The position numbers were made by a program, and so were the translations under genes. A stretch of DNA of 64,000 bases from Podarcis bocagei (lineage: Eukaryota), in assembly GCA_964188305.1 (NCBI GenBank), contig OZ076887.1; one strand, written 5' to 3'. This document shows, piece after piece, positions 24,955 to 38,820 of the stretch (positions are counted from its first letter, which is position 1; each line of letters starts with the position of its first letter). The notes below the pieces were generated by a model. It saw nothing but the letters and a program-made list of their open reading frames with translations, did not search any database and had not been told where the DNA came from.

Positions 24955-27900
24955 TATACAAATAATACTATTCAGCCTTATTTCCATAATGGAATAGAGT
25001 CTTAAAGAAATTCTAGTAATAACGCCCAATTACTTTGTGCCGTTTGAATCAGCATCAAAAATATTTGCCTTGTGCTTGCAACTCATGACTGTTTTGGCAA
25101 ACTATTCCGCTATGTCTGTCCTATGAAAGTTGCTCCCTTAGAAGGTAGGAGGGAAGGGAGAAGAACAAATAGGAATAAAGCAGTATGCTTTGCTATCTGG
25201 TCTGAACAACACTGGATTGCTTTGCCTGAGGGGGAGGGGTGTAGTTTATTTTAATGTGTTTGGCCTAAAGTTCCTTGGAGCTGTAGTGGGACGGCGATGG
25301 GGAAAAATACTTTCAGAATAATTTTCCATTACCCTAATGGCCAACATATTAAATTGATTGTTACAGAATAGCTTTGGAATGAAAAATGTTTTGTGCTGAA
25401 AAGTTAGGGACCTATATCTGTTCATTCCTGCCTGCGGATGTCATTAAGATCTCAAGTGAGCCAAACAGACTGGCAAACATGTCTTCAGTCACAGCAGACT
25501 GGCAGCTGTGGGAGAACAAGATTGTGGAGGGTCACAGACATTGTTGTACAGTGCATGTTAGTTTTAAGTGATTACACCTCATGACAAATGTATAATTTTT
25601 GTAGTGTTTGGCAGTCTTAAACTCTTTGGGATGCTTATGAGACATGCTAATTGCAATGCTCAGAGATCTCTTGCTGGTATCATTTTGTAGCTTTAGGTCA
25701 TATTGTGTTGTCAGTGAAAGGGTTAGGGAAGCATGAATGAGCACACTGAGATACTTTGCAATTAAAGAAAAGAACTGGTGTGTATGCAGAGTACGTGTTT
25801 TCCTTACGTAAGCTGCTGCTTTCAGAGCACATTCCTTGGATACATGCAGTACCATGATTTTGCTCATTCTGTACCACAGAATGCATGTTTTTATAATCTG
25901 AAAAGGTAATTAAACAATCTTTTGCATTGATTCTAAGTGTATAAATGAATTTGCACTTCTTACATGAAAAGGCAGTGTTCAAGAAACATGCACACTCCTA
26001 AGGCCTTGTTAGGTAGGTGGAGCTTTGAAGGAAACAGCTCAGAGCATGCTCAGAACAGATGCATGATTCTGATACAGGTTAAGGTTACCACATGTGAAGC
26101 AGTCCTGACCCCAGCCTAATTCGCTACAGTAGCTGTGATGGAAAGCCCTGATGACAACAGATGGCGATGGAGCCTTCCTAGTAGAGCTGAATTTCAGGCA
26201 GTTCGATCAGGCACATGGCAGGGACCTCTTCGCCATAGCTATACTTTTGGATTAGGATTGGCTGTCTGGTGCAGCGCTGATTAGCCAGAGGGAAAGAAAT
26301 AGATTGACAGAAATGTTTGCAGGGCTTCTCTCAGTTCAAACAGAAGTATAAGATGTGTATGGGAGATGGAAGAGTACATAGCTTTGAGATTTGGAGAGGA
26401 AACTCTTTAAAAAATTGCTTGACATTCTCATTGTGTGCACTGTGCTCCAGTAGTCCTAGTGGACCAGCCTCCACTGGATATAGATTTGTCAAACCCATAG
26501 ATGGGACCAACTGATTTACAATGATTTGTTTATTAATTCCATGAAACACTTGCAGTGAAATATTATACTAAGCTGTTTCTAGATTTTATCCCTTTGCAGT
26601 AAACTTCAATAATTAATTATTGCTTTGCAGCTTAAGTCTCAGCTACTGCTGTAAGTTGGCAAAACTCCTTCTACTTGTTTAACATAAATATTCTTTTTGA
26701 TTGGAAGTTAACATTTTCATAAATGGAATAGTCCCTACTGTGTGATACCAATTATAGAAAAAGAAGCATGTGTGGTTGGAGGGTAAAATCTGATGGAAAT
26801 TTGTACCTGGGTAGTGATTTTCCCTGTTTGCTCCAAATACTTTTCCCTTCCATGTTTTATATTGTACACTGAAGGATGCCGGTAATGTCATTGAATCATA
26901 TAGCTTCTGTATTTACTATAGAAAAGATTTTGTGCTTGATTAATTATAATGAAAAGTAAACCTTTTATAAGTAGCTTAAATAATAATAAAGAATCACCAG
27001 CTTTTAAAAGATTGCTGATACTCAGAACCACAACCAGTTATATCTTACTATCATTTGCATCTGTTTATATTTCGACACCGGCTAAATCATTGTCTTAGAG
27101 TAGTGTCTTCCTCCCTGCCTTCCTCCCTGTCCTTACTGCCACCATCCCAGCCTCCGTTCTCACAAATTTCACATTGTCAAAATACAAATCTGCTTTGCCC
27201 TTCAACAAGCTTCCTTTACCAAGCTGACACCCACTAGCTGGCCTCCAAAGGTCAGCCCTATAAGGACTGAAAGGTAGTAATCCTGTAGGGAGGCACCGGT
27301 CCCACACGAGATCTAACAGTTGGGGAAAGTCCAGAGACTGATACAGAATTTCTCAGAGGGTTACACGAATGCCTCAGTGCAATTGCAGAGTGCACATATG
27401 GTGTCATACATTGCAGTGACTCTTCTTTGACAGCATCTGAAGCCAGTGAATGAACTCAGTTGGGACTTTGGGGTAGAGATGCTTTTGACGATCCTATAAA
27501 GATCTTGATTGAGAAATGTGGTGTAGTATAGCTTTCTGTAGTGGTACACAAAGCATATCAGGCTGAATTGTTTGATATTAACCTATTATAGTATGAGGAC
27601 TTATTTGTGATGTAAGAAATCTAAACCAGAAGTTTTGACTGTCACCGAATAAAACAATTTGATTTGGGTTATAATACATGCATATCTGTATCTGCTGCCA
27701 CAGTTCTGTTTGCTCTTAACTTTGGACTTTAGTTGTCATATTTTTAAAAATCCAAAATAAGCCTCCTTTCTACTCTCCTAAAAGATTTTTTTTAAAGAAA
27801 ATGAAGCAATAATGTTTTTATAATGCACAACTAACTGGGGGGGGGGGCACACTATATCTAGGTTCCAGCCACTTACTCCAAAATTTAGCCAAGTTAATTG

Positions 27901-29420
27901 GCTTGCTCATCTACATGTTCCAAAGATTGCAATCTTTTCTTACACCCTGGTCACTGATCTAAAATTATTGGTAAGATTCCATTTGTCTTTTCCTCACTTA
28001 CAGAGTCACTGTCTAGAGTACCTAATATTCCAAGGATTCTTGATGATTCTTGTGACATGTTCCTTTTGTATGATTTCAAGTCCATTCCCACTGCTAATTG
28101 CACTGTTTAGTAGAATAAAATACATGTTAAATGTTGTGTGATGTTACTCTCATTGAAGATGTGCATACCCTGGCTAAAATGCCATCGTATAGTCAGGGAA
28201 AGAATGCTGTCATATTGCAGTTATATTTATCCTGGCACATAGCATAGAGCAGTCAGAGACACTGCTATTCTCAGTGCTTGATTTTCCACTTGCTGTTTTG
28301 ACAGTGAGCCTAGTCATGGTTTCCTATGTTTGTGAGTCTTTGTTCTTATTTATTTTTCAGAACTGTATAGTAATCACAAACTTCCTTGTAAAGTTTTGTC
28401 AGGCGTTCCTCTTGTGGTGTTATTTTTAAAGAAGCCCTAATTAATGAAAAGTGTGCATAGTATGTAGAAAATAGGCTCTTTACGATATCTATCAACTCTC
28501 CCTGCATTTGCCCCTGTATCTATATTGTCATTTTTATCCTTCTGTTAGTTTTGCAACCATTTTGTCATTGATAAATGCAGGGGAAAGTCCAAATGGCCAA
28601 ATCCTGTCTAAGAAAATGTGTTTACAAGATCTGCAGCAGAACACTAGATTTTTGTGACTTGTTCACCAGAAGACAAATTGTTCAGGATATATCTATAGCC
28701 AATATTGCTTAGAAATGTGAGAATTATTTTTGAGTTTTGTTTGTTGGAAATGCAACAACGTGTATTGAACATTTTATAATGAATCTTTACTTACATCAGC
28801 TTTCCCCATTTCTCCCTCATTTTGCTTTGTCCTATTTGTATCCAATTGTCCAAATACATGATCATCTAAAGCTGTCCCAGTAGAATGTTATTACTTAGAA
28901 TATCCCTAGTTTCTTACTGGGGAAAACTCCCCTTGAATCCCAAACTATCCCCTCAATTAGACATTAAATGGGGAAAGTACAAAATCGTGCATATCACTTC
29001 TTAAATAGCATGTATATTATGACAAACATGTTATTAGTCACATGCATCTTCCAGGTTGTGTTCTAGGAGCCCAGGAACTAACATTATTGCTTTCAGGTTT
29101 GGCTATCACAGCATCAGCACTTCAGAAACACACTAGATATAGTGATTTCCATAAAAACTTTGGCTGCAATTCTGAACTAACTGGGATCTTGTCCCATTGA
29201 ACTCAATATGATTTACTTTTGAATAGAAATGTATAGGGATTGCAGATTTAGTTCTATTATACCTTTGCACAGAACACGATAAGGGCACTCCAGGTCATAC
29301 TAGAAAAATCCAGAGAGTCTATTAAGCTATAAGCCTCTTACAGGTCATATAGGAATATTGAAAATATGACTGTAGATAGCAAAAAGGGCAGTTGATCACA
29401 GATTGTTTTCAGTGAGCAAG

Positions 29421-29694
29421 CTGAGCCAGCCCAAGACATTTTGTTGCCTGAGTTGCAGGATACAATGGTGTCCTGCCTCACAACTGCATGCAGAATGATG
29501 GAGTGGCAAATTGATTTTTCTTTAGTACTGACATTGGGGCAACATCTGCCACCACACCTGGGAGCAACAGGCTAGCTAGCCCAAGAGGTATAGAACAGGC
29601 TAGTGCAGAATACTCAGAGAAAATGGTGAGGGCATTGTGCCAGCTACCACCTGAGGCAATTGTCTCACTTTGCCTAATGATAGGGCCAGCCCTA
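29421..29694. mobile_element. hAT-type MITE (cagggccg family), degraded
   Basis: gccagcccaagacattttgttgcctgag...tgcctaatgatagggccagccct; homologous to 23399-23586. Confidence 0.6.
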
Positions 29695-29899
29695 CAACAA
29701 CATGGTAGAAATTTTTTTAACAGGCATACTACCCAAATGAAAGCATGTATAAACAATGGAAAGTGAAGTTTCCTGGGCATACCTTTTGTACCACAGGTAT
29801 GTAATTTGCTCTCACCCCTCCCAAGAGGTGGGGGGGGGGTTTGCTACACTGCAAGGGTTTACCTGGCCAGGTGCCACCCACCTTGCTGCAGGACAATGG

Positions 29900-30390
29900 G
29901 CTGCCGGCTGGGAGTGGGGTGAGGGCCAGGAAAAAGGCTGGTGCTCTCCATCCCAGACTCACTTGGTTTTCCTTCCAGATTCACCCACCCAACCCTCCCT
30001 AAAATATAGCATGGTCTTCTTTTGCAGGCTAACCTCTTGCTTTCTAGGTCAGCGGGCGCTGCTATGGTCGTAAGATGGTTGCTGCATTCAGAACCGGGAA
30101 GGAATTTCCCTGCATTGGCAGGTTTTGCTTTCCCCGTAGCAATTTGTCACAACTTTGGTCAGTATCCTATAGTCTATCTTCGAGATGGGGGGTGACATCT
30201 TCATGTACCCTACGCGGCAGTGTTTGCAGGGCCTGTTAAAGGGTGGATTGCGGGTCACTGGCCTTAGAGCGGCAGCATATAGGTCAAACTCCCAGCTTTT
30301 GGTGATACCCATACATTGTTGTCATGTCTCATTTCGGGGGGGGGGGGCGTAGGCTCCGGGTACAGGGTTTAGCGCGTGGGCTTGCAATAA
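29900..30390 (+). mobile_element. DIRS-like retrotransposon terminal or non-autonomous fragment
   Basis: CpG-rich island; cccacccaaccctccct...ttgcagg motif; the frame at about 30212-30293 (TRQCLQGLLKGGLRVTGLRAAAYRSNS) loosely resembles the DIRS recombinase segment before HSFR. Boundaries approximate. Confidence 0.4.
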
Positions 30391-30719
30391 ATATTGACTA
30401 CTATAGATGTTCAATTAATATGCTTATGTGTGTTTTGCCTTTATATTATGCTTTTTGGAATTGATTTGATTTTAAAAGCAAAAACTTCAAGAATTAAATA
30501 TTAAATGTAAACACAAAAGAGTAGGGTGCATCTGCTTACATTAGGAATTATTGTTTGGTTATTGTTTCCAATGGAGGGGAAAGCTTTTTATACATTTATG
30601 CATGTGAACCGCAAAATGACTTTTTACATGAATAATGAATAAAGGTGTATGTTTTCTCATAGTCTAAATGGGTTTCCATGAAATGTGGCTAATTAATACA
30701 TATTCAGTTATGAAATATA

Positions 30720-30945
30720 CAGTGGTACCTCGGGTTACATATGCTTCAGGTTACAGACTCCGCTAACCCAGAAATAGTGCTTCAGGTTAAGAACTTTGCT
30801 TCAGGATGAGAACAGAAATTGTGCTCCGGCGGCACGGCAGCAGCAGGAGGCTCCATTAGCTAAAGTGGTGCTTCAGGTTAAGAACAGTTTCAGGTTAAGT
30901 AGAGACCTCCGGAACGAATTAAGTACTTAACCCGAGGTACCACTG
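30720..30945 (+). mobile_element. Tc1/mariner (Tigger-like) MITE, copy 3
   Basis: TIRs cagtggtacctcgggtta / taacccgaggtaccactg, TA TSD. Confidence 0.9.
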
Positions 30946-32702
30946 TATTTATTAGTTGTGCTGAAAACTCATACTGGGTTTCTTAAAATGAAAATGTTAT
31001 CATATTTATTCAGTATCATATATACTCAGTATTTTCTGTTAGTAACACTCAGTGATACATTAGTGTAGAAGTGAACAAAGTCGACTTTTCTTCGAAGATG
31101 CATTAGAAGGGACTCTTATGAACAAGAACCTTTTGTAGCTCAACAGTATGTAATCAAACCCAAATTCTTGTTCTTAAACTAAAAAGGAAAGCTTTCCATT
31201 TAGCTTGGTAGTTTGAGAGCCAGTCGAAAAAGAAGCTGACAGAACTGGCATAGCAGCTGATCTGTATTGAAGGAAGCAGTGATTGTTATATTGGCAGAGT
31301 TGCTTGGAGTACTTTGGCTTTCTGAATATCTTCTCCTGCATTCTGTAGGGAGGACAGCCAGCTTAGTAGGCTGGCAGAGGAGTGCTATGTCCCCCATTAA
31401 TCTTGTGTTTTCTGTGCTTACTTTTCCACAATAAGCCTTTTCCTCTTCCTCTTCTTGCATTGTGTGTTCCCTAAGCAATCATTTCCTGCATCTGATGTGC
31501 ACAGAGAACAGGGCACGACCAAATCACGTATGAAAGGAAACATTTAGTTTGGGAGAAGTGAAAATGCTTTTCCTATTAATAATAACCGTAACTTTCAGTG
31601 TGATAAGATTTGGATTGCAAATGACGATGGTTCCCAAAATAGCATTAATAAGGGCAACTTAATAAGCGCAATAAGTGATAGAATGCATTTTGTTGTAACG
31701 AGGGGAGCAAGGATGGAACAAGCTGTTTCAAGCTTTCATGCCTGTGTTTTATTGCATGTGTGAACATTTCTACCACACTGAATAATTTTGAACAATATAG
31801 TAATTCTACAGTGTGTCATTTGAATGTTTCTTGGCATGATTCTGCCAGTATGGCCTCCCCATATGAAAAGTGCTCTGGCAGTAATTTATAACTACACAGT
31901 GTGTGTGGTTTCCTCTGCATTGTGTGTCTCCATTCCCCACACCCCACATTTCCAGCACCATAGAAATGTGAAGAAGAAAGGTGGGACATGACATTTCAGG
32001 GAAACACACATGTACAGGAGGGGGCCAGATGGGTTGAGATGTCCTAGCTATGTTTAAGATGGAACAATATAGTCCATATCAAAAGATTCATTGACGGATG
32101 TCTACCCAAACTCTCCTAGAAACCCTCCAAGTAAGAACATTTTCCACCCTCCTTTGGCAACCTACTGCACTACTGAGAAGGACTTGGAGTTGAAATATTA
32201 TATATAATGCTAAATCTAAATCTCCCATTCTGTCTCTTTAAAAAATCCCATAAATTCCAGAGAATATGATATAGTTTTCATATGATTCTAAGAGGTCTTA
32301 TATTTTCTCGCAATATAGCTAGTCGATAAAGCATTCAAGTGGATTATTTGCTTTCAGCAGTAAAAAAAAAAATATTGAATGTCAAATGTTTTTTCTAGAA
32401 AAACAGGCACTTTACTGTTCTAAGAAATGGAAACAATACAGTCTCAGATTATCCAGAACAATGAGTGGACAAAGAAACAAAATTAAGAGACAGCTGCTTT
32501 TCCTGTGAGCTCACAATATTTAGGCATGTAACAGACACTTTTAATTGTATATATTATTACTTTATTTTTTGCAGTCTTACAAGTGAGAAATTAACAGTTT
32601 AATCCTATGAATGCTTACTTGGAAGTAAGTATCATGGTCAATGGGACTTCCACCCTAGTAAATGTGTTTAATGTGAATGTGTTAGTTGACCATCTGTCTC
32701 AT

Positions 32703-32815
32703 TATCAGATTGATTCACAGAACTGGACAGGGCTCAGATGTCATCTAATCCAACCCCCTGCCAATGCAGGGAATCCAATATTACCTATCCCTGATGAATA
32801 TACATCCAGCCTCTT
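32703..32815 (-). mobile_element. CR1 LINE 3' end fragment
   Basis: gtcatctaatccaaccccctgccaatgcaggg...catccagcctct, typical of a reverse-oriented squamate CR1 tail. Confidence 0.6.
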
Positions 32816-32883
32816 GTGACTAGGTGAGGCAGCTAGCCAACCAGCTGAAGTTAGTAACAAGCAAGCATAACTGCTGCCTAGGT

Positions 32884-33110
32884 CAGGGGTTCCCAAACCG
32901 TAGTCCATGAACCACCAGTAGTCTATAAAATCCATTCAGGTGGTCTGTGGCATGTCTGTAAAAGTACAATAGAAAAATCATACAGTATCTAGCATAGTAC
33001 ATTACAATTGCTACAGGCGAAGCAGGCAGAAAAATCTAAGGCCTTTATTGGTTTTCAGGTGGTCCGTGGGAACAGGAGGATGGGCATGGTTTAGGCTTGG
33101 AGAATAGCCA
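32884..33110. mobile_element. hAT (Charlie-like) MITE, degraded
   Basis: Left TIR caggggttcccaaac with ggtggtccgtgg subterminal motifs; right end decayed. Confidence 0.55.
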
Positions 33111-33883
33111 ACCCCACTCCTGCTGTGACCTAGCCAAGACAACAAATGATTGTGGCAAATTATTGGATGAGCTGTTGTGAAGACAAGAGGGTTTTGGCAG
33201 ATAGAGCAGATAGAGAAGACCATGTATGCCACCCTGAGCTCTTTGGAGGAAAGGTGGGATGAAAATGTAGTAGTAGTAGTAGTAGTAGTAGTGGTAATAT
33301 ATATAATTCTATAAAGAAATTAAATAAGATTTACAAGAAAACTAGGTGTGTGCTTTTGTAAAAGGTTTGCTGCTGCCTGATGGCTTTAGGCCCACTCATA
33401 CTCAGAAATTAACCATTGAAAAAATGGCCATCAGTTTCTAAAGAGATTATATATTCTACTCACATATCCTTTTTTCATGTTCAGGCAACCCTATTTATCA
33501 AAAGCTCTTGAAAATTGCAAGTGAAGATCACATGCTATAATAGCTGCAATGCTTAATTCGTCTTCTCATTTGGACAATACATGCATACTAAACGAGGGAA
33601 CTAATGTAGGATAAAGATGGCAGAGTTAGTCTGACTTGGAAAACAAAACTGTAGACCTTTTATATCAGCTATTCTTCAATAGACTCTCTACTTAGTTTTC
33701 AGGAATGAAAGGTATTTCTGATTAGTTTTTATTCTGCTTATTTATTCTTTCTTTCTAGTTCATAATCAATTCTAGCATGGTGCATTCCTTAAATGTATCT
33801 AGCTTATTTGGGCATTTTTTGTTTAACATGTTTGCTTTTCCACATAAGCATTTGAATTGTTTTATTTCCCCCAATCAAATCAT

Positions 33884-34400
33884 TGTTATTGTTGTTATTT
33901 ATTTATATACCTCTTGCTTGCCCAAATGAATTCTAAGCTGTGTCCGAGTGTAAAAACAATTATAAAAAAATAGCCACATATAATTAAAATGCAAAATTAA
34001 ACAATTCCAACAAAACGTTAAAATCTGCAATTAAAATGTACAATAAACAAGTTGATTAGAGCAGCATAACAATTGAAACAGTCAAAATAGCAATTAAAAC
34101 AATTAAGGCAGGCGTTTCAAGTCAGGAGATTAGAGTTGTCTAAACAGACATGTCTTCAAGAGACAGTGGAATGGGGCCTCACGTATTTCACCAGGGAGAG
34201 CATTCTATATCATTGGTACCACCAGTGAAATAACCTGTTACCACAAACCAATCATCAGAAGGCCATAGCAAAGTTAACTCGATTGCAGGGCAGAGGGAAA
34301 TGATATTTCAGGTAACCTGGCCCAGAGTTGCTTAGGACATCATATCTTAAAACTTGTTCAGGGGCTTATAGGCAGCTGGTGCAATATGTCCCTGGCAAGG
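33884..34400 (-). mobile_element. L2-clade LINE 3' fragment, degraded
   Basis: ttatttatttatatacc tail, A-rich stretch, then gggagagcattc...ggtaccaccagtgaaa...caggtaacctggccc motifs of reverse L2. Confidence 0.5.
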
Positions 34401-36596
34401 AGCACCACTCACAAATTACATGAAAGGTCTCTTAAACATGTCTTTTGTGTTAAGAATGCTTTGATTGCATGACTGTATTGAGAATAGATTAAAATTATAA
34501 TGAAAATATTATCCCTTTCTGGAAGCAACATGTTTGATACGGCCAGTGTTTTTGAGCACTGGATAAGAGTCCAAAACCACTTGGACATGATGTACTTTAA
34601 TGGACACACAATCTTTTAATTCCATCTTCAGATCTGCAATTAAAGGTGATGCCAGTGGCTATTAACTTAGTCTTTTTTGTTCAGTTACTCTTTCACCACA
34701 TTGTAAACACCAGCGAGTGCCATATAAGGTATGAAACATATAAAAACATTCATGAACTGGTTCGTGGCACAAATATCTTAGGGTTATATGTATACCACAA
34801 TATAAAATGAAACTGCTATCAGATATTGGACTTGTTCCTGTAATAGCTTGGGTAACTTGGACCAAAATGTGGTTACTAAGTATTGTATTAAGTTGTTCTT
34901 CACCGTTATTTTTTGTACAATAATATGAATTCTGCAAAGTCTCAATTAAGCTTGGTGATTTATCTTAATACACCTACCAATATGTGAAGGTGTGTCTTAG
35001 CATTTCTGTTATATCAGTGTCAGAGAAGATATTGGTTTGTTTGCTAAATCTGCAATAATTCAGTTATATATTTGCCATCCCCACCAAAACTCTGAAACTG
35101 TACTGAATTGTATCCTCAGTTATTCTTGGCGATGCTTTGAGAACAAAAGAGAGCAAGGGGGACATGATCTGAAGTGCTTTAAAATAAACACTCTTTCTCC
35201 GCCCCCACCTGATAAAATCATGCAGTTAAAACTCAGTGTCTCCTTACCCAAGATTTCCAGTTCAGTTAAAATACAAATAAATCCAAGTCTAAATTTAGAA
35301 ACTGCACCAAACATAAGTGAACTTCTTAATGTGAGTTTAATGACAAAATAATAGGGTCTAATGCCACTTCAGAGGTTTATTTTCACATGTTATAAAGATC
35401 GTCATGCTATTTAGGGTCTCACCATATGCTTTTTCCTCTATCATGAAAAGAATTACAAAGGCAGATACTGGGAATCTGATTGATAATGTTAATTTAGGAA
35501 GTAAGAAACATTCTCCTAAACGGTGAGCAGAAACTGCATCTTAAAAATACAATTCTAATTCATGAAGGGGTTCAAATCTTGTCTGCATTATAACACGATC
35601 CTCATGTTTCTTATCTAATAACTTGTGCAAATGTTTTGTACAAGCCCTTGGCTTGTTAAGCTCTTGAGTTCCACAGAAGTCATCCTCAGATTTCCTGTCT
35701 AAAAGAAAAGTAGTGTACAACTTGAAAATGCAGAATTGCCTTGATTGTTTCATTTCCTACAAACTTAGTTGGTTGAGTGAAACAAAATCTCCAAATTATT
35801 TATCTAGGTTTAAGTTTCAAACAAATTTGGGTGTGTGAGTTTCCCTGAATGAAGCTCGTAGCATTGTACGTGGTGATGTATAACTGTAACATTCTGCGTA
35901 TAATTCAGTGGCTGTTTCTGCATTAATCCCCCCCCCCAATAACTCATGTGTATTTAATAGAAGATGCTAGCTTCAGGGAATCAAATTATCATTTGCATTG
36001 AGACCGTAACATTTTATTTAATCATTTCATCAAGTAATTAAATGTTTTTTTTTTAAAAAAAGAAAATCTAAAACTTGGAACTGTCAGCCAAATAAATAAC
36101 ATTAATGTAAGATATAGCAAGTGTTTTAATATCACTGTAAGTAGAATGCCAACTGATTTGAGTTTGAAATTGAAATTTGATGTCAAGATGTCAAATGAAG
36201 GTTGAGTAAAGCCTTCAGATTGTCAAAGATAGTAGATATACACAACACTATCTCAAGCAAGTTTACTTTCCATGTCATCCTGCTATATATCTTTCCCATA
36301 AAAAGTATTCTCAAAGCATTAACAGCTTACACATAAGACCTGCAGTATGAACTCTGAATCTTTCGCTTCGCAAGAGAATAAATTTTGGAGAGTTTATGTG
36401 AAGAGCTGAAAAGCAATTTTAGGAGAATTAATAAAAAAGTAGTATAAATGGGATACTTGAAGCAATCTGAAGGTGCTTGAAAGGACTTCCGACTAAGGTT
36501 TTTCAATTCTCGGAGAAACAAGACATCAACCTGTAGTAACCCTTAATGTGGCAAATGAAATTGACAATTTAAAACCTGCTCATAACATAATGACAT

Positions 36597-36772
36597 GAGA
36601 AGAGCCTACTGGGTGACCCACAGGCCCATCTAGTCCAGCATTGTGTTCTTCATGACCAGGCAGATGCCCTCACATGGGACATAAATGCAACAGCAGTTGC
36701 CCCACTTGCAATTTCCAGCAACTGGTATTCTGAGGCATGTTTCCTCTGGCAGTAGAGACAGAACTTAGCCAG
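36597..36772 (-). mobile_element. CR1 LINE 3' end fragment
   Basis: agaagagcctactgg...ggcccatctagtccagcat...cagcaactggtattc. Confidence 0.65.
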
Positions 36773-36994
36773 TATAGGAATGGATGATTCTGTCAGTTTC
36801 ATTTAACTGTTTCCCATTCCCCCCCCCCCCAATCTTAAATTAAGTTCTCTTCATTTTCATATCAGTTTGTGAATTTATTTTATTTTTATTTTTAAAAAGG
36901 GCACTAGTATTTTAATGCGAATTTCTCCTAATATACAAACATTGGTCATCTTGCCTAATAAACACATTTTTTTGCTAAAGACTTTCCCCTAATC

Positions 36995-37092
36995 AAGAAG
37001 AACTTTCTGATGGTAAGAGGTGTTTGACAGTAGAACAGACTCCCTCATAAGGTGGTGGAACCGCATTCATTGGATGTTTTTAAGCAGAGTTA
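36995..37092 (+). mobile_element. CR1 ORF2 C-terminal fragment
   Basis: Translates KKNFLMVRGV*Q*NRLPHKVVEPHSLDVFKQ, resembling the CR1 motif KNFLTVRAVxQWNxLPxxVVxSPSLEVFKQRL. Confidence 0.65.
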
Positions 37093-37833
37093 GGAGTGGG
37101 TGGCCCTGCTTTGCTGTGTTTCTGGTCCTACTTGGATGGTAGTTTCCAGAGGGAGCTTTGGGAGTGCTCTTCGGCCCTGTGGAGCTTTCAATGTGGGGTT
37201 CCTCAGGGTTCCAATTTATCCCCTATGCTGTTTAACGTTGTCAGCAATATGCTGATGACACACAGCTCTGCCTCTCCTTTACATCTGCAGGTGTGGCTGC
37301 GGTTTTGCTGAACTGTTGTCTTGCCTCGATAATGTACTGGATGAGAGTCAACAAACTGAAGCTCAATCTAGATCAGATTGACGCACTGTAAGTAGGTGGT
37401 TCCTTAGACAGGGTGAATGGGAGGTTTCCTTGATGGGGTTACACTTTTGATGGGGTTACACTCCCTCTGAAGGTGCCAGTTCACAGCTTGATGGTGCTTT
37501 TAGATCCATTGCTGTCATTTGAGGCTTAGGTGGTCTTAGTGACACAGAGTGGTCTGGAGGGTGGCAACATGAGAATGGGCCTTTTCTATGGTGGCTCCCT
37601 GGCTTGTAGGATGCTCTTTCCAGGGAGACTTACCTGGCATATTCATTGCTTATCTTTAGGCAAAAACATTCCTATTCTTCTAGGCCTGTGGCTAATTAAA
37701 CAATCTATGGCCTTTTAAACCGGTGTGTGTTGTTTTTGTTTGTTACTATGGTATGTGTTTCTGTGTTTTGATATAGTAAAGTGTCCTGCGATCCTCAGAT
37801 GAAGGGCAGTATAGAAATTTAATTAATAAATAA
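37093..37833 (+). mobile_element. L2-clade LINE, RT-to-3' fragment with deletions
   Basis: CGVPQGSNLSPMLFN, QYADDTQL, WMRVNKLKLN motifs; 3' end gatcctcagatgaagggcagtatagaaatttaattaataaataaa. Confidence 0.8.
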
Positions 37834-38559
37834 AGACATTTAATAAGATGTATTGAGAGCTAAGCCTCAGAAACAAACAGCAAGAGCAGAGGGCTTCCTC
37901 CCGTGTTTGTAGTGGCTGAGAGCTACCTTGCTGTTCTCTTTTATTGTCTTGTCCTGCTTTAATGATTGTATTCCTTGTTTCCTCTCTGCCACAGTCAAGA
38001 CACAATAATATGCTGGGGCCTAAGGAAAGGGGAATGTGTAACTACAGCTTGCTTTGCTCTGCCTTGTTTATTTTCCTGGGATTGGCAAAACCAACCGCTT
38101 ACTTGCTCTGCACTAACAATCTAATGGAAGGTGTATACCTTAAGGCTTATGCTTAAAATCATTGTGACAGATCCATGCATAACTGTGAACAGGAACGTGA
38201 CTCAGTAATAGCAGTGTGAACTTGAGTATTGAATTTTCATACCAATGAGATGCTCTTTAAAAGGCAATGGCCATACATATATAATGATTAAAAAAATAAT
38301 AATTATGTGTTCGTAGGTTTTTCTCCTCCACACATGAACATTTTGGACAGGGAACAATATTTGAACCAGATAAAATTATAAAGTACTTGTAGGATGCAAC
38401 ATTTTGCAGTAAGCTACACTGAACACAATGGGACTTATTTCTGAATAAAGATACGTAGGATTGCACTGCACACTATCAGCTGGTTTCATGTAACTTGGTG
38501 CAAATACACAGGTTTGTAGAGGGGAGACAGTTGTCACTGCTCTCCTTTCCAATTTATTC

Positions 38560-38820
38560 TGCTGCTGTGCTGCTCTGAGCTAAGCCATGGTTTGGCTTAT
38601 TAAATCATCTGAACTTGGACTTATTGTTTTACTCCTCCAGAACAAACTTTGGTAACACCTCATGGTTTGTCTGATTGTTCTGTGGTATTATGGCAGTGGA
38701 CAAAGCTGTATTTTAACTTTTTTAAAAATGTTATTTTTTTAAAATGGTTTGTCTGGGTGAGTCCAGGTTTGAATGACACACTGACCCAAACCATGGCTTA
38801 GCTCACAGCAGTGCAGGAGG
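38560..38820. mobile_element. Palindromic MITE-like element
   Basis: Perfect 20-nt inverted repeat tgagctaagccatggtttgg (38576-38595) / 38786-38805, with further imperfect symmetry; outer ends uncertain. Confidence 0.6.

Noticed and set aside
24380-25029. Several 100-170 aa ORFs
   Set aside because: By-products of the GC-rich tandem repeat inside a MITE; repetitive low-complexity peptides.
26631-26650. 20-nt microexon (ttgcag|...|gtaagt)
   Set aside because: Not frame-preserving, short pyrimidine tract, no independent support.
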